Source: an uncultured Acidobacteriota bacterium
GTDB taxonomy: Bacteria > Acidobacteriota > Vicinamibacteria > Vicinamibacterales > 2-12-FULL-66-21
Reading direction: 5' to 3'
Length of the DNA stretch: 32,000 bases
NCBI GenBank assembly: GCA_963816725.1
Contig: CAWFMC010000018.1
Location: 431,977-463,976 of the forward strand
The notes under the pieces are model-generated. The model saw only the letters and a list, made by a program, of their open reading frames with translations, was not told the DNA's origin and did not search any database. The position numbers and the translations under genes were made by a program. Shown one piece after another: positions 24,635-32,000 of the stretch; positions within the stretch are counted from its first letter, which is position 1, and each line of letters starts with the position of its first letter.

Positions 24635-25819
24635 TTAGAGGATGCCGAGGAACGGCCGGCGCTTCTCCGGCTCCTTCACGGCGGGCGAGGCGCCGAGCAG
24701 CTGGCGCGTGAACCGGTCGAACTCGCCGGCAATCTCCGAGTGGTTGGACAGCGTCAGCGGCACCCCGGAGTTCAGCGCCGTGGACACCGCCCGGTAATCG
24801 CTCGTAAACGAGTGATGGATGCCGTAGCCGAGCGCCGTCTCGATCTGCTTCGGCGCGATCAGCAGGTTCTCGGAGACTCGATTGAGGAGGATCTTCACCC
24901 GCTCGCTGCCGGCACCGAGCTGCCGCACGCGCTCGACCAGGCGCTGCGCGTTGCGGATCGACGGCACGTCGGGGTTGGTCACCAGGAACACGGTGTCGGC
25001 CGCGTAGAGCGCCGCGACCGCGCACGAGGTGATCGTGTTGCCGGCGTCCACGATCACGTAGTCGTAGGTCCGGGTCAGGATCCGCAGCAGTTCCTCGATC
25101 GGGCCGACGTCCTGCGCGTTGGGCCGATCGAATTGCTCCGACGCCGGGATGATGTCGAGCCCGGACTTGTGATGCGACACCAGCTCCTTGAGAAAATCCT
25201 TGTCGAGGCGGTGGAGGTTCTCGATCGCGTCGAGCACGGTGAAGCGTGGTCGCACGCCGAGGAACAGGGCCACCTCGCCGAGGCAGCTCTTGAGGTCGAC
25301 GATCACCGTCGGCCGCTTCGTCTGACGCGCCAGTTCCACCGCGCAGTTCACCGCCACCGTCGTCGTCCCCGCACCACCCTTGGCGCCGAGGAAGACGTGC
25401 GTCACACAGGGCAGTCGGGTACCCGCTGTTGCCGCCTCGCGGCGTGCGGCCGTGCGCCGGACCGCGGCGTGGAACGACTCCTCCATCGAGCGCGACGCCG
25501 GCGTCGCCCCACCGGGCGTCCACGCGAAGAACTCGTTCGCCCCCGCCCGCATCGCTTGAAGGATGAGGTCCGGCTCGGCGCTGACGGCAATCGCGAAGAC
25601 GGCCATCGCCGGCTGCGACGCGCGCAGCCGCTCGATCGCCGCCATGCCGGACGAGGCATCGGCGCGGATGTCGACGAGGGTGATGTCGGGAGGCGAAGTC
25701 TCGGCCCCGGCGCGGGCCTCGAGGATGCCGATCGGCACGCCGCACGCCCGCAGCAGTTGCGCGGCCTGACGCTTGAAGTCCTCGTCGTGCGTGATGATCG
25801 TAACGGTCAGTTGGGCCAT
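24635..25819 (-). CDS. cpaE: CpaE/TadZ: atypical receiver domain fused to a ParA/MinD-like ATPase
   Basis: N-terminal receiver-like domain (TIITHDEDF...TLVDIRAD). Deviant Walker [15 protein letters not shown]. Confidence 0.9.
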   Translation of the reverse strand: MAQLTVTIITHDEDFKRQAAQLLRACGVPIGILEARAGAETSPPDITLVDIRADASSGMAAIERLRASQPAMAVFAIAVSAEPDLILQAMRAGANEFFAWTPGGATPASRSMEESFHAAVRRTAARREAATAGTRLPCVTHVFLGAKGGAGTTTVAVNCAVELARQTKRPTVIVDLKSCLGEVALFLGVRPRFTVLDAIENLHRLDKDFLKELVSHHKSGLDIIPASEQFDRPNAQDVGPIEELLRILTRTYDYVIVDAGNTITSCAVAALYAADTVFLVTNPDVPSIRNAQRLVERVRQLGAGSERVKILLNRVSENLLIAPKQIETALGYGIHHSFTSDYRAVSTALNSGVPLTLSNHSEIAGEFDRFTRQLLGASPAVKEPEKRRPFLGIL

Positions 25820-26120
25820 CGGCGGTGACTCGCAGTGATCGTGAGTGGGCGTGCCGTCCTCATGCGCATCCGCAAGTGGCGTACCTGGCCGGGTGCGCCG
25901 ATGCCGGCCTGCTAAGCGACGGCTGCGCCAGATCTTGCGAATCCACTCGCAGCCGCAACACCGCGCTGCTGCCCGGCTGCTGTAACGGAACCGTCGAGGA
26001 CCAGACGCTTTCGTGGAGCCTGGGTGGCGCCGGTGCTGTACGCCGTACAGCGCAACGCGCGGCCCCCAGCAGGGAGCCGCGCGTTCGAAGACCCACGCCC
26101 GATGCGCGTGACGGCCGCGT

Positions 26121-27287
26121 CTATTTCACGAGGTGAATGGCGACCGGGAACGCGGCCGCGGGCGCGGGGCCGAAGGTGCCCCCCTTCATCAGCCCCCCGA
26201 CCGGTGTGATGCGGCCGACGACTTCGTTGCCGTTCATCCCCTCGATGAAGAACCCGAGGTAGTTCACGAATTTGAGGCTGGCGTTTCGTCCGCTGGCAAC
26301 TCCCGTGTCGTAGTAGTACGGATCGAACAGCGGAATCACCCGCACGCGCGGGCTCGTACCCTTCAAGGGGGAGACGACCTCGTTCTTGCTCGTGTCCCAG
26401 TAGGCATCAGGATCCGAGGCGACGAGATCCTCGATGCCCTGCGCAACCGGCCCCGACTGCATCCCGGGCTTGTGAACGAACGTGTCGCCGTAGCCCATGA
26501 AGTCACCCGGCTTGCACCCGCTGATGCCAAATCTGACGTCGTCGGACCCGCGGTTGCCGCCGACGGTATCCCACACCTGATACATGCTGGGCGCGAGCTT
26601 GGATCCGTTGTCGGCCTTGAGGACGACCCGCATCCCCTTGTCGCGCACCGCGTTGTAGCCCGTGTAGTTCGTCTTGTCGTTCGGCCCGACATAGATGTCG
26701 GGAGTGGCCAGCGGGACGCCCTTGTCCGTGACCGCGTCGAAATCGTCGTTGATGGGGTCCCACGGGGCCGTCTGCATTTCTTTCCAGCGATCCGGAATCG
26801 TAAACGGCAGCGGGCACGCCACGGCGTTCGCGGGCGCAACTTCCGCCGTCGCCGTCGCGCCGATGTCGGCGTTCGGGCTGCCGAAGAACCGCGCGATCAT
26901 CGTCGAGAGCGGGTTGCCGCGCGACTGCCGGCGATAGACGTCCACCTTGACGCGGTTCGGCTCGCCGGACGGATCCTTGGGGAACTGCACGTCGGCGACG
27001 GTCAGCGACACGTCCGCGCGCATGACCTGGTTCGCCTTGCCGGTCGTGATCGCGCTCGTCACCGCCGGACCGTTCGCGGAGCGATCGTTGTAGTCGTCGA
27101 AGGCCAGCGCCGTCGCCCCGGCGAGTGCCCCGGCGTCGGCCGAGTTCTGCGCCTGGTTCCGCGCCGTCATGAGCATGCCGACGTCGACGGCAAGGATGCT
27201 GGCGCTCAGAAACGCCATTAGGCCCATGCCGACGAAGACAAGGCTCATGCCCGATTCGTCCTGCAGCCGTCGTTGTGTTCTTCTCAT
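26121..27287 (-). CDS. tadG: TadG-like pilus assembly protein / pseudopilin-like
   Basis: N-terminus SGMSLVFVGMGLMAFLSASILAVDVGMLMTARNQAQNSADAGALAGA is typical of the TadE/G-like N-terminal domain. Confidence 0.75.
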   Translation of the reverse strand: MRRTQRRLQDESGMSLVFVGMGLMAFLSASILAVDVGMLMTARNQAQNSADAGALAGATALAFDDYNDRSANGPAVTSAITTGKANQVMRADVSLTVADVQFPKDPSGEPNRVKVDVYRRQSRGNPLSTMIARFFGSPNADIGATATAEVAPANAVACPLPFTIPDRWKEMQTAPWDPINDDFDAVTDKGVPLATPDIYVGPNDKTNYTGYNAVRDKGMRVVLKADNGSKLAPSMYQVWDTVGGNRGSDDVRFGISGCKPGDFMGYGDTFVHKPGMQSGPVAQGIEDLVASDPDAYWDTSKNEVVSPLKGTSPRVRVIPLFDPYYYDTGVASGRNASLKFVNYLGFFIEGMNGNEVVGRITPVGGLMKGGTFGPAPAAAFPVAIHLVK

Positions 27288-27305
27288 GGCCTGCCCTTCG
27301 ATCTC

Positions 27306-29354
27306 TTACTGCTTCGAGGAGCCTGCCGTGGCAGGCTTGTCCTTCTGCAGCTCCTCGTAAGCAGCCTGCGCCGCCTTGAGGCGGCTCGCCGCGTCGGTGA
27401 GTTCCTTCTCGCGCTTGCGTTCCTGTTCCGCCTGCTTGCCCTCGTTCTTCTTCGCGACCTCCGCTTCGCGTGCCGCGCGCTCGTTCGCGAGCTTCTCGGC
27501 CTGCCGCCTCGACTCGTCCGCTTTCTTAGCCGCGGCCGCATCGATCGCCGCCTGCTTGCGCGCGGCGATCGCGTCCTCGTCGGCCTGCTTCTTCGCCGCG
27601 GCGGCATCGGCCTCCGCCTGCTTCCTGGCGGCGGCGGCCTGGTCCGCTTCCTGCTGCCTGGCGGCGGCGGACCGCGCCTCGGCTTCGCGGCGCTCTGCCG
27701 CAGTGGCCTCGTCCGCAGCGCGCTTCTCCTTGGCGACCCGCTCGCGCGCCTCCGCCTCGTCAGCCTTCTGCTTGCGCTGCGCCTCCTCCAGTTGTCTGGC
27801 TTGATTCTTCGATGGCTTCGTCGGGGCCGCTGCAGGTGCGGCGGTCTCCGGAGCCGCAGCGGGCGGCGCCGCAGCGGACATCGCCGCCGCCGGTGCCTCG
27901 CCCGACACCGCTTTCGTCGCCGGCTTCTCGACTGGGTAACGGGGCGAGCCAACGTAGGGGTCCGGGTTGGCGACGGTCTTCTCGGGAGCCGTCATGTAGG
28001 GTTCGACCGGGCTCGGGAGCCCGGCCGACACGCCGGTCTGGCCGCGGCGGATGATCGTCGGCGTGATCATCACCACGAGCTCGGTCTGGTTCTTCTGATG
28101 CGCCTTGCTGCGGAACAGCAAGCCGAGCACCGGCACGTCGCCGATGCCGGGAATCTTCGACATCGAGCTGGTGACCGTGTTGTTCATCAGGCCGGCGATC
28201 GCGAACGTCTGTCCATCCTGAAGCTCGATCTCGGTCTCCGTCCGGCGGGTCGAGATCGCCGGGATCCGGAATCCGGAGAGCGTCACCGCATTCGTGAAGT
28301 CGAGCGCGCTGACCTCAGGCCGCACCTTCAGGTTGATCAGATCCCCGCCCAGCACGGTCGGCGTGAAGTTCAGGCGAATGCCGAATTCCTTGAACTGCAC
28401 GGTGACCGCGTTGCCGCCGGAGCTGGGCTGCACGATCGGATACGGATACTCGCCGCCCGCCAGGAAGCTCGCCTCCTTGCCGTTGTTGGCGATCAGATTC
28501 GGCTCGGCCAGGCTCTGGAACAGACCCTTCGTCTGCAGCGCCTTCACCACGCCGCCCAGACCTTCCTTGGTGTTGAACAGGAACAGGTTCAGGAAGTCGC
28601 TGAACACCAGCTTGCCGTCCTGATCCCACGCCGGGGCCGCGAACTGCTGGGTGGTGGTGCGGCCGACCCAGGCGTCCTTGAACCCGTTGGCGACGAACGA
28701 CGCGCCGAGTTCGGTCAGCGCGCTGCGGCTCACTTCCGCGAAGCGCACCCGGAGCATCACCTGGTTCGAAGCAACGCCTTCCTGCTGCTTCAGCAGGTTG
28801 ACGACGTTCTCCTTCTTCTCGACGTAGCCGGCGGCGACATCAGCGGCCTTCTCGATGGCGTACTTGCTGGCGACGGTGCCCGAGAGGACGACGTCCTTGC
28901 CGCTGCCCGCGGCGGTGATCGGTTCGCCGGGAAAGAGCTGACGCAACTGCTCCGACAACGCGCTGAGATCGCGCCGGACGGTGACCTCGTAGGTCTTGAT
29001 CGCACCCGCCTTGTCCCACACGAAGAGCGAGATGGTGCCCGGCTGCTTGCCATGGATCAGCAGCTGCCCGGGAGCAGTGACGAGGGCGTCCGCGACGTCC
29101 GGCACGGTCAGCGACACGCGCGCGATCGGCGAGCCGATGTTCAGCACCGCCGAGCGGCCGACCAGCAGATCGATGTCCATCGGAATGGCCGTATCGATGC
29201 CGATGCCGGTGTTGCTGCCCGGCGCGGCAGTGAATGCCGGGGGCTGCTGCGCCTGCGGCTGCTGCGCCTGGGGCGCGGCAACGAGGATGGCAATGATGAA
29301 CGCGCTCAGTGCCGTGCCGAAGGCGGCCGGCCGCTGTCTGAAGTGCCCGATCAT
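27306..29354 (-). CDS. cpaC: Tad secretin CpaC/RcpA with a long Pro/Ala linker and Ala/Glu/Lys/Arg-rich C-terminal tail
   Basis: GGAGGA SD before ATG 29354 (MIGHFRQ, signal peptide). Secretin core LAEPNLIANNGKEASFLAGGEYP, FKEFGIRLNFTP, IPGIGDVPVLGLLFRS. About 245 aa follow the core, with no stop or frameshift. Confidence 0.9.
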   Translation of the reverse strand: MIGHFRQRPAAFGTALSAFIIAILVAAPQAQQPQAQQPPAFTAAPGSNTGIGIDTAIPMDIDLLVGRSAVLNIGSPIARVSLTVPDVADALVTAPGQLLIHGKQPGTISLFVWDKAGAIKTYEVTVRRDLSALSEQLRQLFPGEPITAAGSGKDVVLSGTVASKYAIEKAADVAAGYVEKKENVVNLLKQQEGVASNQVMLRVRFAEVSRSALTELGASFVANGFKDAWVGRTTTQQFAAPAWDQDGKLVFSDFLNLFLFNTKEGLGGVVKALQTKGLFQSLAEPNLIANNGKEASFLAGGEYPYPIVQPSSGGNAVTVQFKEFGIRLNFTPTVLGGDLINLKVRPEVSALDFTNAVTLSGFRIPAISTRRTETEIELQDGQTFAIAGLMNNTVTSSMSKIPGIGDVPVLGLLFRSKAHQKNQTELVVMITPTIIRRGQTGVSAGLPSPVEPYMTAPEKTVANPDPYVGSPRYPVEKPATKAVSGEAPAAAMSAAAPPAAAPETAAPAAAPTKPSKNQARQLEEAQRKQKADEAEARERVAKEKRAADEATAAERREAEARSAAARQQEADQAAAARKQAEADAAAAKKQADEDAIAARKQAAIDAAAAKKADESRRQAEKLANERAAREAEVAKKNEGKQAEQERKREKELTDAASRLKAAQAAYEELQKDKPATAGSSKQ

Positions 29355-29445
29355 GGAGTCCTCCGCATACCTCTGGAAGCCCGTTGCGGGCCGGTTCAGC
29401 GAGACTGTCGTCCGGGTCGAGAATGTGCGTGCCACTGGTGTGCCT

Positions 29446-30306
29446 CTACTTCACGATTTCCGTGGCGCGCTTGTCGCCGCGAATCATTTCCACGGTCGGT
29501 GCCGGCGGCGGCGCCGGCGCTTCCATCGTCACTGGGGCGGCCACCTTGCGGGCCGAGGTCGTCCGTGGCGCGGGAACCGCCGCCACGACACCCTTGGTCG
29601 AGCCCAGCAGGCCCGCCGGCTTGATGCCGGGCGTGAGCGGCGCACCCTGATCGAGCGGATTGCGGAGAGCGAGTTGAATCTTGCCTTCGGTGCTGGCGAG
29701 CGCCAGGCGCTCGACCTGCTCGGGCGTGACCAGCAGCGTCACGACCGTGACCTGCATCGGCTTGCCTTTCTCCTGGTCCTGCTCCATGCGTGTGCCGGCG
29801 GTCAGCACCTGCACGTTCGCGAGCACCACCTTCGAGGTCGTGTCCGTCTGATTCATCGTTGGCGTCGCCGTCGCGACCACGTCGACGCGGGTGCCAGGGA
29901 GGACGTAACCGGCGACGCCAACCACCTCGTTGACCCGAACCGAGACCGCCCGCATCCCTTCAGGAATGACGGGCGGAAGCCCCGACCCCGCTTCCTTGGA
30001 TGCGAGCTTCGCCGCGAGGATCGGCTCGTTCTTGACGAGCGGCACGATGATGCCGCGGCCGACGATCTCGTCGGGCGTGGCGAACGCCCCGTCGGGCCCC
30101 TGGCCGGCCGGGAAGGCGGCGACGTGCAGGTCCTCTCTCTTCAGCTCGGCCCCCAGCGAGAGGTCGGCTGCGGCGACGACGACGGGTTGGGTCGCCGCTT
30201 CGGCGGTCCGTACCGGCTGCCGCTGGACGAAGTTGTAGGTGGCGTAGGCGAGCCCGCCGCCGGCGAGGATGGCAATGGCAATGACGGCGAAGATTCGATT
30301 GCGCAT
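29446..30306 (-). CDS. cpaB: Flp pilus assembly protein CpaB/RcpC
   Basis: N-terminal TM IFAVIAIAILAGGGLAY, a SAF-like region, and position upstream of the secretin. Confidence 0.85.
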   Translation of the reverse strand: MRNRIFAVIAIAILAGGGLAYATYNFVQRQPVRTAEAATQPVVVAAADLSLGAELKREDLHVAAFPAGQGPDGAFATPDEIVGRGIIVPLVKNEPILAAKLASKEAGSGLPPVIPEGMRAVSVRVNEVVGVAGYVLPGTRVDVVATATPTMNQTDTTSKVVLANVQVLTAGTRMEQDQEKGKPMQVTVVTLLVTPEQVERLALASTEGKIQLALRNPLDQGAPLTPGIKPAGLLGSTKGVVAAVPAPRTTSARKVAAPVTMEAPAPPPAPTVEMIRGDKRATEIVK

Positions 30307-30315
30307 GAGGGTTCC

Positions 30316-30744
30316 CTAGCTCTCGTTTCGCATGACCGCCACTGCCGACATGGTCAGTGGCGTGCCCAGGGTGGAAGACCTGACGACCAGGCGGGCAACG
30401 GGATTGAGCACCATGAACTGGAACGGGTAATTGATGGTGACCTGCGAGCCGGTACTCGACCCGAGCGCAACGTTGCGGTTGAGCAGCACCGGCGCGGTGG
30501 TGGCCTTTGACAGGCTGCCGATGGTCATGTAGCGCCGCACGGTGACTTCAACCTCCGCGTCGGTGGTGCCGGCAATCACCGCGACGCGAGCGCCCTCGCG
30601 CGCGGCGTTGGTGAGCACCTGCCAGGTCTGGTAGGCGCGGCCGAATTCGAAAATCGCGACCGAGACCAGGAGGATCAGCGGCAGCGTCACCGCCGCTTCG
30701 ATGAGCGCCGCTCCGCGTTGATTCGATCTCAGTCTCGAGCGCAT
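30316..30744 (-). CDS. tadE: TadE-like pseudopilin
   Basis: RGAALIEAAVTLPLILLVSVAIFEFGRAY is a typical TadE N-terminus. Confidence 0.85.
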   Translation of the reverse strand: MRSRLRSNQRGAALIEAAVTLPLILLVSVAIFEFGRAYQTWQVLTNAAREGARVAVIAGTTDAEVEVTVRRYMTIGSLSKATTAPVLLNRNVALGSSTGSQVTINYPFQFMVLNPVARLVVRSSTLGTPLTMSAVAVMRNES

Positions 30745-30788
30745 GGTTCCCTTCTTCCGGCAGCTCGCCCGTCCGGGGCGGCGTCTGA

Positions 30789-31334
30789 CTAGCCGATGAC
30801 CGCCGCCAGCAGGCTGCCGACGGCAATCGCTGGTCCGTAGGCGAAACGGCGGCCTGGTCCGGCCGTCGCCAGGTTGTGCGGCGCATCCGACGGTTGCGCC
30901 ACCAGGTGCGCGGTGCCACGAATCGTTGTCGCCAGGCGGCCCCGGCGCGCGGCGACGAGCACCGCGAGCACGCCGCCGGCGACGGCGGTGAACAAGAACG
31001 CCCGGACGATCAGTCCCGGCCCGAGCAGCGCGCCGACCGCGCCCATCAGCTTCACGTCGCCGGCACCCGTCGCGCCCAGCAGATGCCCGGGCAGCATCAG
31101 GAGCAACCCGAGTGCGACGCCGGCGCCGACCGCGGGCAGCGACAGCCCGCTTGCACCCGTCACCGCCAGAGCGACGCCGGTGGCGGCCATCAGAGCGGTC
31201 ACCACGTTCGGGATCCGGCGCGTGCGCAGGTCGATCGCCGTCGCGATCAGTAGACCCGCGGCGAGCGCCGCGAACGACGGCTCAGAAATTGGCGGCAATG
31301 GACTGCCAGAAAATAGTGTTGATGGTGTTGCCAA
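30789..31334 (-). CDS. cpaA: A24 family prepilin peptidase CpaA/TadV
   Basis: IDLRTRRIPN and GAGDVKLMGAVG carry the two catalytic Asp motifs. The start is uncertain: TTG 31334 overlaps flp by 53 nt, and TTG 31298 is an alternative. Confidence 0.85.
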   Translation of the reverse strand: MATPSTLFSGSPLPPISEPSFAALAAGLLIATAIDLRTRRIPNVVTALMAATGVALAVTGASGLSLPAVGAGVALGLLLMLPGHLLGATGAGDVKLMGAVGALLGPGLIVRAFLFTAVAGGVLAVLVAARRGRLATTIRGTAHLVAQPSDAPHNLATAGPGRRFAYGPAIAVGSLLAAVIG

Positions 31335-31473
31335 GGGCCGACACCGCGCCGATCGCGAACACCGCGATCAGCGCCATGAGCAGGCCATACTCGAGCAGAT
31401 CCTGCCCGTCGTCCGTACGGCGCAGTCGCAGGTCGAGCAGTCGTTTCCAGAGGGCGGTCGTGGTCGGTGGCAT
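31282..31473 (-). CDS. flp: Flp family type IVb pilin (63 aa)
   Basis: GAGGAG SD. Flp motif DDGQDLLEYGLLMALIAV (G/xxxxEY). Confidence 0.9.
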   Translation of the reverse strand: MPPTTTALWKRLLDLRLRRTDDGQDLLEYGLLMALIAVFAIGAVSALGNTINTIFWQSIAANF

Positions 31474-31527
31474 GGTCTGCTCCTCGACAGCGAAAGATGG
31501 CCTGCGTGAGATCCGGTCGAAAGAGAA

Positions 31528-31553
31528 GGGACCGGCGGCACCCCGCCGATCCC
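31528..31553 (-). terminator. intrinsic terminator/attenuator after the first flp gene
   Basis: GGGATCGGCGG-ggtg-CCGCCGGTCCC on the minus strand forms an 11-bp stem with one mismatch, followed by TTCTCTTTCG. Confidence 0.55.
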
Positions 31554-31566
31554 TTCCGAGTGCGGC

Positions 31567-31749
31567 CTACGCCGCGGCGCCGAGCTGACCGGCGATGTTG
31601 TTGAAGATCTGCGAGACGCTGGTGCCGGCCGCGCCGACGGCGCCGATCGCGATCAGCGCGATCAACGCGACGAGCAGCGCGTACTCGAGCAGGTCCTGTC
31701 CTTCTTCATCACGCGCGAACGACTTCACGAGGTTGAGCAGGTTCAACAT
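31567..31749 (-). CDS. flp: Flp family type IVb pilin (60 aa), first gene of the locus
   Basis: GGAGGA SD 4 nt before ATG 31749. MLNLLNLVKSFARDEEGQDLLEYALLVALIALIAIG. The 5' part of ORF 31567..31968 is rejected. Confidence 0.9.
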   Translation of the reverse strand: MLNLLNLVKSFARDEEGQDLLEYALLVALIALIAIGAVGAAGTSVSQIFNNIAGQLGAAA

Positions 31750-32000
31750 GAGTTCCTCCCCCGAGGAAATTGCACTGCGCCAGCAGTGCGTTGCGGCAGC
31801 GCCGCGTTGGTCGGTGTTGGGCGGCGGTTGCCGCGTCACGGCCGCTTGAATCGCAACGGCGATGCCACGCGGGAAACGCTGCGCGGGACCCGCGAGGCAA
31901 CTTGTTCGTGCGCCAGTGATTGGTTCGGAATCGTCGATGAGCGGGCCAGGAACCGGCGCCGGCGGCACACCTCGATCGAACGCCGCAAATCCGTAACGCC

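Noticed and set aside
27273-29624. A 783-aa + strand ORF, plus 27284..27952 (-), 27376..27804 (+) and 28996..30510 (+).
   Set aside because: They are antisense or out of frame relative to the clearly recognisable cpaC/cpaB genes. Their Arg/Leu/Gly-rich low-complexity translations are generated by the repetitive GC-rich secretin tail.

Overview
High-GC bacterial chromosomal window; taxonomy cannot be fixed from sequence alone. Most long ORF-track entries are antisense or shadow ORFs typical of GC-rich DNA. I resolve about 38 real genes plus several RNA/DNA structures. No tRNA, rRNA, CRISPR array or transposase was recognised.

Left third (1-10.7 kb): BON protein, MBL hydrolase, receiver protein, threonine dehydratase, a Hanks-type kinase with three catalytic residues substituted (predicted pseudokinase), an SDR, a degenerate MDH/LDH-like protein, an ECF sigma factor, a 166-bp MITE-like inverted-repeat element, a minimal SET-domain methyltransferase, and an operon of small membrane protein, lpdA, E2 and lipB.

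Centre (10.7-18.1 kb, all + strand): the most interesting part. It reads: NtrC-type sigma-54 activator; a regulatory gap with repeats and a GG-N10-GC promoter-like site; a radical SAM/SPASM enzyme with an N-terminal RRE-like extension; three tiny tandem peptide genes absent from the ORF track, sharing a P-W-x-V-D core (two are near-identical 31-aa copies differing only at third codon positions); a hairpin; an orphan family-5 peptide-binding SBP translationally coupled to a Cache/HAMP histidine kinase; and an 82-aa unknown. I read this as a RiPP-like radical-SAM peptide module with its own sensing and regulation circuit. I do not recognise its precursor family.

Then come hup, queF, an Smr-domain gene and an ICMT-like methyltransferase.

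Right third (20.0-31.75 kb, - strand): a complete Tad/Flp pilus locus (2 flp, cpaA, tadE, cpaB, cpaC, tadG, cpaE, cpaF, tadB, tadC). It has two unusual features: a secretin with a ~245-aa TolA-like charged C-terminal tail, and an extra AAA+ ATPase translationally coupled to tadC.
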